Shown here one piece after another: positions 34,963-45,200 of a DNA stretch of 64,000 bases. Each line of letters opens with the position of its first letter. Positions within the stretch are counted from its first letter, which is position 1. The stretch comes from Bryobacteraceae bacterium (GTDB lineage: Bacteria > Acidobacteriota > Terriglobia > Bryobacterales > Bryobacteraceae): positions 4,179 through 68,178 of the forward strand of contig DATKNQ010000141.1 of the NCBI GenBank assembly GCA_035541265.1, read 5' to 3'. The notes beneath the pieces were generated by a model. The model made no database searches. It was given only the letters and a program-made list of their open reading frames with translations, and had not been told where the DNA came from. A program made the translations under genes and the position numbers.

Positions 34963-35805
34963 TTATTCCTGTTGACTTCCGTCAATCTTTTGCCCGGCCA
35001 ACAGATATTTCAGGAGGCCTAACTGGAGGGAACCGAGGGCGCCAAATATGGCTCCGATCTGGGCCCACAGGCCGCTGAAGAATCCGCCGTATTTCCCGAT
35101 GAAGGCGATGGTGCCCTGGCGGCGGTCGGCCTGGCGCAGCGTAGACTCCGCCTCGCGGCCCGTGTGCCGCGCGCGGGCCTGCGGCGCCACAAGGATCTTC
35201 TTGCCGGCGCGGCGGATCTGGAAGCACAGGTCGGCGTCGCTGCCGAACTGGCCGTAGCGCTCGTCGATCTGGCGGATCGCGGTGTACAGGAAGCGGCGCA
35301 TCATGAGGGCCGCACCGCGCGGAAAATCGACCGGCATTGGTTCGGTTGCAGGCTCCGCGGGCCGCCAGGTATCGTCGGGCGGAAAGTGGCCCAACTGGGG
35401 CGCCGGCCGGCCTTCGGCGTCCACTAACAATGGACAGGCCGCGCCCACCTCGGGCTGCTGGTCGAGCAATTCGGTCAGGATGCGCAGAGTCTCGGGGAAG
35501 ACTTCGGTATCTTCGTGCTGGAAAAATACATACTCGCCTTCTGAGCCGCGGATGCCCAGGTTGAGCGCTTTGGTCAGCCCGAAGTTGCGCGGGATACGAA
35601 TGAAGCGGGTGCGCGGATACTCGCTTTCGAGTTGAGCGCTGCCGTCGGTCGAGCCGTTGTCGACCACTACGATGTCGATCGTCTCGCGGGCTTCGGAACG
35701 CTCCAACGCCTCAATGGCGCGCCGCAGCAGAGGTTGTCGATTGTAAGAAACGACCAGCGCCGACACCTTCGGCGGTTTCGGCGCCTGGCCGGAAGATTCT
35801 GGCAC
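34963..35805 (-). CDS. glycosyltransferase family 2
   Basis: VSALVVSYNR, VVVDNGSTDGS, FFQHEDTEV motifs. Confidence 0.85.
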   Translation of the reverse strand: MPESSGQAPKPPKVSALVVSYNRQPLLRRAIEALERSEARETIDIVVVDNGSTDGSAQLESEYPRTRFIRIPRNFGLTKALNLGIRGSEGEYVFFQHEDTEVFPETLRILTELLDQQPEVGAACPLLVDAEGRPAPQLGHFPPDDTWRPAEPATEPMPVDFPRGAALMMRRFLYTAIRQIDERYGQFGSDADLCFQIRRAGKKILVAPQARARHTGREAESTLRQADRRQGTIAFIGKYGGFFSGLWAQIGAIFGALGSLQLGLLKYLLAGQKIDGSQQE

Positions 35806-35890
35806 TTTCCGCAGCTTAACACGTGCTATCGCTTCCGGAGCGTGAATCTACTCCGATGGTGCCGCATCACATGCGTGTTGGAGAAACAGC

Positions 35891-36394
35891 ATGTCATTAA
35901 GCCAATCCGTATTACCCGAATTCGACCGCGAGATGTCGAGCACCCGCAAGACTCTCGAACGCCTGCCGGACGACAAGTTCGGCTGGAAACCGCACGAGAA
36001 ATCGATGCCACTGGGGCGCCTGGGCTCCCATCTGGCGGAACTGTGCGGGTGGATCAAGACCACGCTCGAGACCGAATCGCTCGATTTCATGCCGCCGGGC
36101 GCTCCGCCCTATCAGCCCGTCACGGCGCCGTCACGAGCCGCGGTACTGGAGATGTTCGATCAGAACGTGGCGGACGCGCGGGCCGCGATTTCGGCTGCCA
36201 GCGACGAGCAATGGCTGGTCCCGTGGAGCCTGCTGGCCGGCGGGAAAACGATCTTCACCATGCCCCGCATCGCGGTACTGCGCGGCATGGTGATGAATCA
36301 CGTGATCCACCATCGCGGCCAACTGACTGTTTATTTACGATTGAATGACATTCCGGTGCCGGCGCTGTACGGGCCATCGGCGGATGAAAGCTGA
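35891..36394 (+). CDS. DinB family protein
   Basis: Four-helix DinB pattern ending in NHVIHHRGQLTVYLR. Confidence 0.8.
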   Translation: MSLSQSVLPEFDREMSSTRKTLERLPDDKFGWKPHEKSMPLGRLGSHLAELCGWIKTTLETESLDFMPPGAPPYQPVTAPSRAAVLEMFDQNVADARAAISAASDEQWLVPWSLLAGGKTIFTMPRIAVLRGMVMNHVIHHRGQLTVYLRLNDIPVPALYGPSADES

Positions 36395-36464
36395 CCGGCG
36401 CTTTTACAAATTTCTCACATATGCATAACCTGCCCGGAGGCGATCTCCGGGTAGGTTGATCTCC

Positions 36465-37586
36465 ATGCGCATACTTTTGCTCCCCACTGCAATGTTGTTC
36501 TCGGCGTTTGCCGCCTTCGCCCAGACTGGTCCCGGACCGGTCGTGGTCCACACAAAGTTCGGCGGCCAGATTTTCGGCTTCGATATCGATCAGAACGGCA
36601 CCGAGGGTGTGCTGAGCGAATCGAAGACGTTGGTCAACGGCACGATCCTGGCTGCTGTTGAGACTTTCGATCAGACCACGGGCGAAATTCTCGACGTAGT
36701 GGCGTCCACCGATACGCAAGACGACTTCGTGACCATGGGTGTAGTTGGCAATAGCGTGGGATTGGTGGAGCACGAGCATGTGACGGGCATTTACGTTTCC
36801 TCGCGCACATTCAAGACGATCAATCCGCTGAGCGCCAACAAGCTGACGGGTACCTGGACGCCGCCGATCGGGCCGCAGAATATCATCATGCCGGGCGGAG
36901 TGAGTCGCAACCAGGGAGTGCCGAAGGTGGCCGTGTTCGCCTATGACAATAGCGGCAACTTCATGCCTCTGGTGTTCTCCGCGAACGTGGCGGCGAATAC
37001 CTTCGGGCCGGTGGTGGCGATCACCGATTCACTCGATTTCGGCAGCGTGCCGCCGCCGATCGCCTACAACAGCAAAACCAACCAGGCGTTTCTGGGTGGC
37101 GGGGACGGATGCTTCGGCTGCTTTCCGGTGATCGGCGTGGCAAATCTCACGCCGGGCAGCTTCACCTCGTTTAGGGGCATCGGCTTCGGCTTCGTCAACG
37201 GCATTGCCGTGGACCCGGCGGACGACATCCTGTGCACAGACACGGAGGATGACGCGGGCGTGGAGTTCTACGATCTGGCGACGCATACCGCATCTAAAGT
37301 AACCCTGCCGGGATCGGGGGGCCAGCAGATTTTCAGCGGCGCGGACGTGGAGTTCGATAGCGTGAATAACCTGTTCCTGGTGGCGCAGCCGGTTTCCAGT
37401 TCTTCCGCAAGCGGTAGCACGATCTATGTGTACGACACGAAGGGCAACGTGCAGGAGACGCTTAACGGGTTCACTTTTTCGAATGCCTCCACGGTGGTGG
37501 CGATGCACATCGCGCTCCATCCCGCCAATCGTAGCGGGTACGTGGATGGTCCGGGAACGGGCGAGCTGCAGTCGTTCACTTACTAA
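36465..37586 (+). CDS. hypothetical secreted protein (beta-rich, possibly propeller-like)
   Basis: ATG at 36465 gives the signal peptide MRILLLPTAMLFSAFAAFAQ. Gly/Thr/Val-rich repeats. No family recognised. Confidence 0.65.
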   Translation: MRILLLPTAMLFSAFAAFAQTGPGPVVVHTKFGGQIFGFDIDQNGTEGVLSESKTLVNGTILAAVETFDQTTGEILDVVASTDTQDDFVTMGVVGNSVGLVEHEHVTGIYVSSRTFKTINPLSANKLTGTWTPPIGPQNIIMPGGVSRNQGVPKVAVFAYDNSGNFMPLVFSANVAANTFGPVVAITDSLDFGSVPPPIAYNSKTNQAFLGGGDGCFGCFPVIGVANLTPGSFTSFRGIGFGFVNGIAVDPADDILCTDTEDDAGVEFYDLATHTASKVTLPGSGGQQIFSGADVEFDSVNNLFLVAQPVSSSSASGSTIYVYDTKGNVQETLNGFTFSNASTVVAMHIALHPANRSGYVDGPGTGELQSFTY

Positions 37587-37756
37587 GGCGGCGGATCGCC
37601 CGCACATATACCGGAATTGGCACCAGGATCGGTCGGGCGAACCGGGAGTCAGCCCGGATAACAGGCCTCTATAACCGCCGGGACGATGAAGTCTCGCCTA
37701 ACGGTTGCAAAGTATTGCATGATTAAAGGCCGTCTGCAGCGACGCCGAATTCTTAG

Positions 37757-37954
37757 TCACCACCAAGTTACGGGGTAACAGTTAGATTTGCCGGAGGCTT
37801 CGAAGAACGGTATGTTGTTTCGCAGCCACTCCCATGAGGACTTGTCGTCAATATAGTTGACGGTGCGCTCCGCGTCGTTGCGATTGAAGGCCTGGATGTA
37901 GTGCCGGAAGGACTCCGGATTAAGCACGGCGGCGCCCTCGTGCCTTGGGTTACC
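37757..37954 (-). pseudogene. 65-codon remnant resembling the N-terminal region of a six-hairpin glycoside hydrolase
   Basis: Stop-to-stop frame GNPRHEGAAVLNPESFRHYIQAFNRNDAERTVNYIDDKSSWEWLRNNIPFFEASGKSNCYPVTWW-stop. The pattern F.HY...FN..D....I.N...WEWL..NIPFFE.......Y...WW is recalled from MGH1-like/GH63-like enzymes. No start codon, truncated. Confidence 0.35.
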
Positions 37955-37971
37955 TTAAGGAATGAACTGAC

Positions 37972-40437
37972 ATGAGACACTCCCCAAGATGGTTTGCCGG
38001 CGCGGCCGCGATGCTGTTTCTAGCGAGCGCGCCAGGATGGCAAAGGCAATCCCCGGGTGACGGCCGGACCAGTGCCGCGCACGACTATCCCATCCGGCCC
38101 GTGCCTTTCACCGCGGTCCATTTAACCGACGTGTTCTGGGCGCCCCGCATCGAGACCAACCGCAAGGTAACCATCCCGTTCGCGTTCTCGATGTGTGAGG
38201 AAACCGGGCGGGTGGCCAACTTCGTGCACGCCGCCGAAGCGTTGCGAGGCCAGATCGGCGCCAAGGACCGCATGATCCCGCCTTATCCTTTCGATGACAC
38301 TGACATCTATAAGGTCATCGAAGGCGCCTCATATACGCTGAGCGTGAAGCCCGACCCCAAGCTGCAGTCGTATATCGATGGCTTGATCGAGAAGATCGGC
38401 GCGGCGCAGGAGAAGGACGGCTATCTGTACACGGCCCGCACCATCGATCCCGCGCACCCGCACCCGTGGGCCGGCGCGCATCGCTGGGACAACGTCGAGG
38501 TGCTCAGCCACGAGCTATACGATCTGGGCCACCTCTACGAGGCCGCGGTCGCGTATTACCAGGCCACCGGCAAGCGCAGCCTGCTGAACATCGCGCTGAA
38601 GAGCGCGAACCTTTTGTGCGGCACTTTCGGTCCAGGCAAGAGAACCATCTGGCCGGGTCATCAGATCGTCGAGATGGGGTTAGTAAAGCTCTACCGTGTA
38701 ACCGGCGACGAACGCTATTTGAAATTAGCGAAGTTCATGCTCGACTCGCGCGGGCCGGGCGGTTCCTCATACAATCAGGCTAACCTGAGAGTGATCGACC
38801 AGACCGAAGCCGTGGGTCACGCTGTCCGCGCCACTTACATGTACTCCGGCATGGCCGACGTGGCCGCCATGACCGGCGACGCGGCCTACGTGCACGCCAT
38901 CGACGCGATTTGGGAGAACGTGGCCGGCAAGAAACTTTACATAACCGGCGGCATCGGAGCTACCGGCAATGGAGAAGCATTCGGCGCTAATTACGAGTTG
39001 CCGAATCTGACTGCTTACAATGAGACTTGCGCGTCGGTCGGCAACGATTTCTGGAACGAGCGGCTCTTCCTGCTGCATGGCGACGCCAAGTACATCGACG
39101 TGATGGAGCGCACGCTGTACAACGGACTTGTCTCCGGCGTGTCGCTCGACGGTAAGTCATTCTTCTATCAGAACCCGCTCGAATCGAACGGCAGAAAGGG
39201 ACGCAGCCCGTGGTTCGGCGTGGCTTGCTGCCCGGGTAACATCACGCGCTTCATGGCTTCCGTCCCCGGCTATGTTTATGCGCACGCAGGCGAGACAATT
39301 TACGTGAACCTGTTCACGGCGGGGAACGCGCAGATTCCTCTCGGCCCGCGCACCGTGAAATTTGTCCAGCAGACGCGCTACCCGTGGGACGGCAATGTGA
39401 AGATCGCTGTCGATCCCGGCAAGCCCGCTGTCTTTTCGATCAAGGTCCGCATTCCCGGTTGGGCGCGTGGCGAGGTGGTGCCGAGCGATCTGTATCACTT
39501 TGTAGACAATGCGCATGAGCCCGTCAGGCTGCGCGTGAATGGCCGGGATGTGCCCTTCCGCCTGGACGAAGGATACGTGACGTTGCATCGTGAGTGGAAG
39601 GCCGGAGATACAATCGATCTCGACCTGCCGATGCCCGTGCGCCGCATCGCCGCCAATAACCTGGTGGGCGCCGACCGCGGGCGCGTGGCTCTCGAACGCG
39701 GTCCGATTGTCTATGCCGTAGAAGGCATCGACAGCCCGACCCATAAGGTCCGCAACCTGCTGCTGCCTCCGGATGCGAAGGTCACCGCCGAGTTCCGGCC
39801 CGACCTGCTGAACGGCGTGGAGGTGCTGCAAGCGGGCGCCGTGTCGCTGGCTTACGACGCGCATGGGAAAGTGGTCCGAACCGCGGTTAGGTTCACCGCG
39901 ATTCCGTATTATGCGTGGGCCAACCGCGGCCGTGACGAGATGCTGGTCTGGATCCCGGCGCGCGAATCCGCGGCGAAACCGGCGCCGTGGCCGACCCTCG
40001 CCATGACCAGCAAGGTCAGCGCATCGAACAGCGGCAAGGTCAGCGGGGAGGGCATGGCGAGACTCCCTCAGGCGGTGAACGACGGCGACGAGCCTTCCTC
40101 TTCGAGCGATCCGGCATCTTACTTCGACTGGTGGCCGGAGAAAGGCAAGACCGAGTGGATCGAATACGACTTCCCGAAAACCTCGACGGTATCGCGCGTG
40201 AAGGTCTATTGGTTCGACGATACCGGGCGCGGCGATGTGCGTGTGCCGGCATCCTGGCGCGTGTTATACAAAGACGCCGACGCATGGAAGCCCGTGGATA
40301 GCGCCGGCCGTTGGGGCGTCGAGAAAGATAAGTACAACGCAGTTACTTTCAAGGCCGTCACTACCGGCGCGCTGCGCCTGCAGGTGACTATGCAACCCGA
40401 CGCTTCCGCCGGTGTGCAGAAGTGGAAGGTTGAATAG
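37972..40437 (+). CDS. glycoside hydrolase family 127 (beta-L-arabinofuranosidase-like, DUF1680) with a C-terminal carbohydrate-binding-like domain
   Basis: VHLTDVFWAPRIETNRKVTIPF...ETGRVANF, HAVRATYMYSGMADVA, NETCASVG, ACCPGNITR motifs. Confidence 0.85.
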   Translation: MRHSPRWFAGAAAMLFLASAPGWQRQSPGDGRTSAAHDYPIRPVPFTAVHLTDVFWAPRIETNRKVTIPFAFSMCEETGRVANFVHAAEALRGQIGAKDRMIPPYPFDDTDIYKVIEGASYTLSVKPDPKLQSYIDGLIEKIGAAQEKDGYLYTARTIDPAHPHPWAGAHRWDNVEVLSHELYDLGHLYEAAVAYYQATGKRSLLNIALKSANLLCGTFGPGKRTIWPGHQIVEMGLVKLYRVTGDERYLKLAKFMLDSRGPGGSSYNQANLRVIDQTEAVGHAVRATYMYSGMADVAAMTGDAAYVHAIDAIWENVAGKKLYITGGIGATGNGEAFGANYELPNLTAYNETCASVGNDFWNERLFLLHGDAKYIDVMERTLYNGLVSGVSLDGKSFFYQNPLESNGRKGRSPWFGVACCPGNITRFMASVPGYVYAHAGETIYVNLFTAGNAQIPLGPRTVKFVQQTRYPWDGNVKIAVDPGKPAVFSIKVRIPGWARGEVVPSDLYHFVDNAHEPVRLRVNGRDVPFRLDEGYVTLHREWKAGDTIDLDLPMPVRRIAANNLVGADRGRVALERGPIVYAVEGIDSPTHKVRNLLLPPDAKVTAEFRPDLLNGVEVLQAGAVSLAYDAHGKVVRTAVRFTAIPYYAWANRGRDEMLVWIPARESAAKPAPWPTLAMTSKVSASNSGKVSGEGMARLPQAVNDGDEPSSSSDPASYFDWWPEKGKTEWIEYDFPKTSTVSRVKVYWFDDTGRGDVRVPASWRVLYKDADAWKPVDSAGRWGVEKDKYNAVTFKAVTTGALRLQVTMQPDASAGVQKWKVE

Positions 40438-40542
40438 CGATCCTTATTTCGCGAGTTAACTTTGGCAGGGCGTAAACGGTCGTGCCAGCCAAGTAATTTG
40501 GCGCCGGTTCGGCTTCCCGCAATTTCAATTACAATCGCTAGC

Positions 40543-41754
40543 ATGTTGCGTTCGCAGAGCCTGCGCGCCCGATTTGGGGCCATCGCGGGCGTCCTTATTT
40601 CCCTGCTGCCGGCCGCCGCCGGGGCTGCCTCCCTCGACGCCGAACGTCTCAAACTGATCCCGGCGCGGATGCAGGAATTCGTAGACAACGGTTCCATCTC
40701 GGGGGCCGTGTGGCTGATTGCCTATCGCGGGCAGGTGGTGGCTCTGGATGCGGCCGGATTCGCCGGCATCGAGCATCGCAAGCCGATGCGCGCCGACTCG
40801 ATTGTGCAGATCATGTCACAAACAAAATCGTTCACCGGCGTTGCGGCCATGATGCTGGTGGAGGAGGGCAAGCTCGATCTGACGCGTCCCGTGCGCGACT
40901 ATCTACCCGAGTTCCAGGGTCAGCTCGTCGAGGAGAAACACGCGGATGGCTCGCGTTCCACGCACCTGCCCGAACATCCCATGACGGTCTGGCAGTTGAT
41001 GAGTCACACGTCGGGCTTCGATTTTCTCCCCCCGAGCGGCCCGCTGAGCCGCATCAACTTCACGCTGAACGCCACGCTGGCCGACGCCGTGCACGGCTAT
41101 GCCCGCGAGCATCTGATTGCCGAGCCGGGCACCCAATACCATTACAGCAACATGGGGATCGCGACCCTGGGCCGGATCGTTGAAGTCTTGTCCGGCCAGG
41201 ACTACGCGCAATTCGTCGAGCGGCGCATCCTGACGCCGCTGGGCATGACAGACAGCTTCTTCTATCCGCCGCCCGATAAACGCGGCCGCATCGCGATGGT
41301 CTACCAGCACGAGAACGGCAAACTGGTGCTGTCGCGGGAGCGCGCGCAGGCCGGCGATCCGGCCTTGTACCGCGCCGGCGCGAAATATCCGGGGCCCGAG
41401 CTGGGACTTTACTCGACCGCCACGGACTTATTCCACTTCTACCAGATGCTGGCGAACGGCGGCACTTACAACGGGCGGCGCTATCTCTCGCCGCAATCGG
41501 TAGCGGCGATGACGGAAGATCACACGCCGGAGCATTCCGGCTACGGGCTGACGTTGAGCGTCGCGGGCAAGCCGGGCGCGCTGCTCCACCTGCTTTCACC
41601 GGGTACGTTCGGCCACGGCGGCGCCTTCGGCACCGACGGGCTGGTGGATCCCGCGCACGGGCTGGTCATGATCTTCCTGCCGCAGATGAATGATGGAACG
41701 GCGGGTCCGGCGGGCCATGCGGTCGTACAGATTGCGGAGTCGGCGGTGGAATGA
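40543..41754 (+). CDS. serine hydrolase, beta-lactamase (class C/PBP4-like) family
   Basis: ATG at 40543 with a signal peptide. SQTK (SxxK), YSN and HGG motifs. Confidence 0.85.
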   Translation: MLRSQSLRARFGAIAGVLISLLPAAAGAASLDAERLKLIPARMQEFVDNGSISGAVWLIAYRGQVVALDAAGFAGIEHRKPMRADSIVQIMSQTKSFTGVAAMMLVEEGKLDLTRPVRDYLPEFQGQLVEEKHADGSRSTHLPEHPMTVWQLMSHTSGFDFLPPSGPLSRINFTLNATLADAVHGYAREHLIAEPGTQYHYSNMGIATLGRIVEVLSGQDYAQFVERRILTPLGMTDSFFYPPPDKRGRIAMVYQHENGKLVLSRERAQAGDPALYRAGAKYPGPELGLYSTATDLFHFYQMLANGGTYNGRRYLSPQSVAAMTEDHTPEHSGYGLTLSVAGKPGALLHLLSPGTFGHGGAFGTDGLVDPAHGLVMIFLPQMNDGTAGPAGHAVVQIAESAVE

Positions 41755-41831
41755 GATGACGGACAAAAAGGAACCGAAGGAGCCGAGGATTTCGTCGCTC
41801 TCATCCAGGCGCTCAGGAAGCAGGGCTGAAA

Positions 41832-41978
41832 TCAGGCTACAGCCTGGAGACCGTTCTTCGCCACCAACGATAGCAGTTTCAGAGAAGCACCCTGTGGGCG
41901 CTTCTCTCCGCGTTCCCACTGGCTCACGAGGCCGGTGGTCACATTGAGATAGCGGGCGAACACGGCTTGACTGGCTGA
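41832..41978 (-). pseudogene. XRE-family (COG2944/YiaG-like) antitoxin-type HTH gene interrupted by an in-frame TGA
   Basis: The frame reads ..SRYQMRP-TGA-SASQAVFARYLNVTTGLVSQWERGEKRPQGASLKLLSLVAKNGLQAVA-stop. No start codon downstream of the TGA and no partner toxin recognised. Confidence 0.55.
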
Positions 41979-41982
41979 TCAT

Positions 41983-42004
41983 GGTCGCATTTGGTAGCGC
42001 GACG
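41983..42004 (+). repeat. 22-bp direct repeat copy A: GGTCGCATTTGGTAGCGCGACG
   Basis: 21/22 identical to 45898-45919 in the same orientation. Confidence 0.65.
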
Positions 42005-42237
42005 CTCCGCCGGGCAGCTCCGATTGGGACCTATCGTTTATCGTTCCTAAATCATTTCGGTACCTGTTACAGTGAAGACGTTTTTGCGGAATCTAGTTGG
42101 TCATTGGGACAGGACGGGGACGGCGGAAGAAAACCGTTTGGGGAGCTGGATAGGGGCGCCGGCCAATGAGGCGCGGAATTCCAACCTTGCCGGCAAAACC
42201 TCCAGCACCGGGTGTATACTCGACCCCAGTTCCCAAA

Positions 42238-45200
42238 ATGGAAGAAGACCGTCTATTCCGCAGGAGGTGTCATTTGCCGCGAACTTACCTTCCTTTGCTC
42301 TCGCTGAGCGCGCTTTTGCTGGCACCGTTGATGTGGAGCGATAGCCTTGCCGACATCCGGCCTGACAAGCCGCTGCTGCTGCGGCACCCGACGATCAGCC
42401 GCACGCAAGTCGTCTTCAGCTTCGCGGGCGACCTGTGGAGCGTCAGCCGCGACGGCGGATCGGCCATCCGCCTCACCACCGGAGCGGGCGTGGAAACGGA
42501 TCCGATCTTCTCTCCGGATGGCTCGCAGATCGCCTTCACCGGCGAGTATGACGGCAACGTGGACGTGTTCGTCATGCCCGCGGCGGGGGGAACGCCCAAG
42601 CGGCTCACCTATCATCCCGCCGCGGATCGCGCCATCGGTTGGACGCCGGACGGCAAGAATGTCCTGTTCGCCTCTAACCGCAGCAGCTATTCGGGTTTCA
42701 GCCGCCTATTCACGGTTCCGGTGGAAGGCGGGTTTGAAACTCAACTTCCGCTCGATCGCGCCGTCGCGGGGGCGTATTCGCCGGACGCGGCCAAGCTCGC
42801 ATATGTGCCGATCGACCAATGGCAGCGGGCCTGGAAGCGCTATCGCGGCGGCCAGACGACGCCAGTTTGGATCGCCACCCTGAGCGATTCGAGCATCGTC
42901 AAGATTCCGCGCGAGAATTCGAACGACTTCGACCCCATGTGGGTCGGCGACACGGTCTATTTCCTCTCGGACCGCAAGGGCCCAGTCTCGCTGTTCGCTT
43001 ACGACACGAAGTCGAAGCAAGTCACCGAAGCCGTCAAGAACGACGGCCTGGATTTCAAGTCCGCTTCGGCCGGAGGCGGCGCCATCGCCATCGAGCAGTT
43101 CGGCGCGCTGGTGGTGTACGATCTCAAGACGCGCAAGACGCACGCGGTGAAAGTGCAATTGAGCGGCGATCTGGCCGAAATCCGGCCGCATTTCCGCAAG
43201 ATTCAGGTCAACGAAATCCGCTCGGCGGGGATTTCGCCCACCGGCATGCGAGCCGTATTGGCAGCGCACGGCGAGATCTTCACGGTACCGGCGGAGAAGG
43301 GAGACATCCGCAATCTGACCAAAACCAGCGCCGTGGAGGAGCGCGATCCCGCATGGTCGCCGGACGGCAAATCGATCGCCTACTTCTCCGATGCCTCCGG
43401 CGAATACGAACTCGAAGTCCGCGACCAGAGCGGGCGCGGCGAACCCAAGCGCATCAGCCTGGGAAAGCCGATGTTCCCCTATTCGCCGCGCTGGTCGCCC
43501 GACAGCAAGAAAATTGCCTACACCGACCAGCAACTGAACGTCTGCTACATCGACCTCGACAAGCCCACGCCGGTCAAGATCGACACCGACCTTTACGCCG
43601 GGCCGGTGTCGCTCGAGCCGGCCTGGTCGCCGGACAGCAAATGGATCGCTTATACCCGCAAGCTCAAAAGCCAACTGCACGCGGTGTTTGTGTATTCGCT
43701 CGAGCAGGGCAAGAGCTTCCAGATTACCGACGGTATGAGCGACTCCGCCCACGCCGCGTTCGACAAAGACGGCAAGTATCTCTACTTCACCGCCAGCACC
43801 GACGCCGCGCTGAGCACGGGCTGGCTCGATATGTCGAGCCTTCAGCGCCCGGTAACCGCCAGCGTCTACCTGGTGGTGCTCTCGAAGGACGAAGCGTCGC
43901 CCCTGGCGCCAGAAAGCGACGAGGAAAAGCCGGCCGGCGAAGCCAAGAAAGACGACGCTGACAAAGGCGGCGGCGCAAAGGAGGATACGGCGAAGAAAGA
44001 CGATTCCGGAAAGAAGGAGGAAGCGGGGAAAAAGCCGGAACCCAAGAAAGAGGTCACGGTGAAGATCGATTTCGACAAAATCGATCAGCGTATACTGGCC
44101 CTGCCTTTACCCGCGCGCAATTACGTTTCATTGGCCGCGGGAAAGACGGGCGTGATTTTCCTGCAGGAAGCGCCGGAGGTGGCATCCCTCACCGGTCCCG
44201 GCGAAGGCCGCACGCTGGTGATGTTCGATTTGAAGACACGCAAGACGGAGCGGATTCGGGAGGATATCCGCGGATTCGCTCTGTCTTTTGATGGTGAAAA
44301 GATGCTGTACCGGCAAGGGCAGCAATTCTTCATCGCCGGGGCAGGAAAAGGGCCCTCGGGACCCGCCGCAGGTTCGGGTTCGGGAGAATCGGGCAGCGGG
44401 TCCGGCGGGGCGCTGAAACTGGACACCATGGAAGGCTATGTGGATCCGCGCGCCGAATGGGAGCACATGTACCACCAGGCGTGGCGCGATGAGCGCGACT
44501 TCTTTTACGATCCCGGCCTGCACGGCGTGAACCGCGAACTCTTCGAGGCCAAGTACGCACCCTACCTTGCCAATCTCTCGAGCCGCGACGACCTGAACTA
44601 TCTGTTCGAGGAGATGCTGGGCGAGATGACGGTCGGGCACATGTTCGTCGGAGGCGGCGACCGGCCCGAGGTGAAACGCGTTCCCGGCGGTCTGCTGGGC
44701 GCCGATTACACCGTCGAAAACGGCCGCTATCGTTTCGCGCGCGTCTACAGCGGTGAAAATTGGAATCCCAGTTTGAAAGCGCCCCTGACGCAACCCGGCG
44801 TCAACGTAGTAGCCGGCGAATATCTGCTGGCCGTGGAGGGCCGCGATGTTCGTCCGCCGGCCAACGTCTACAGTTTCTTTGAAGAGACGGCGGGCAAAGC
44901 GATCGTGATACGCGTAGGCCCGGACGCATCCGGCGCGAACGCGCGCGATGTGACGGTTGTTCCGGTGGCCAGCGAGAACGCGCTGCGCAATTTCGCCTGG
45001 ATCGAGGACAACCGCCGCAAAGTGGATCACCTCAGCGGGGGGCGCGTCGCCTACGTCTATTTGCCCAACACCGCGGGCAGCGGTTACCTGAACTTCAACC
45101 GCTATTTCTTCAGCCAGGTGGGCAAGGAAGGGGTCATCATCGATGAGCGTTTCAATGGCGGCGGCGACATCGCCGACTATGTTATCGATTATTTGCGCCG

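Noticed and set aside
41992-42040. TGGTAGCGCGACG... inside the 22-bp repeat, considered as the complement of a tRNA 3' end (att-site-type tRNA fragment)
   Set aside because: No T-arm (GTTCGAATC-like) complement follows in either copy, and there is no similarity to the neighbouring tRNA-Arg.
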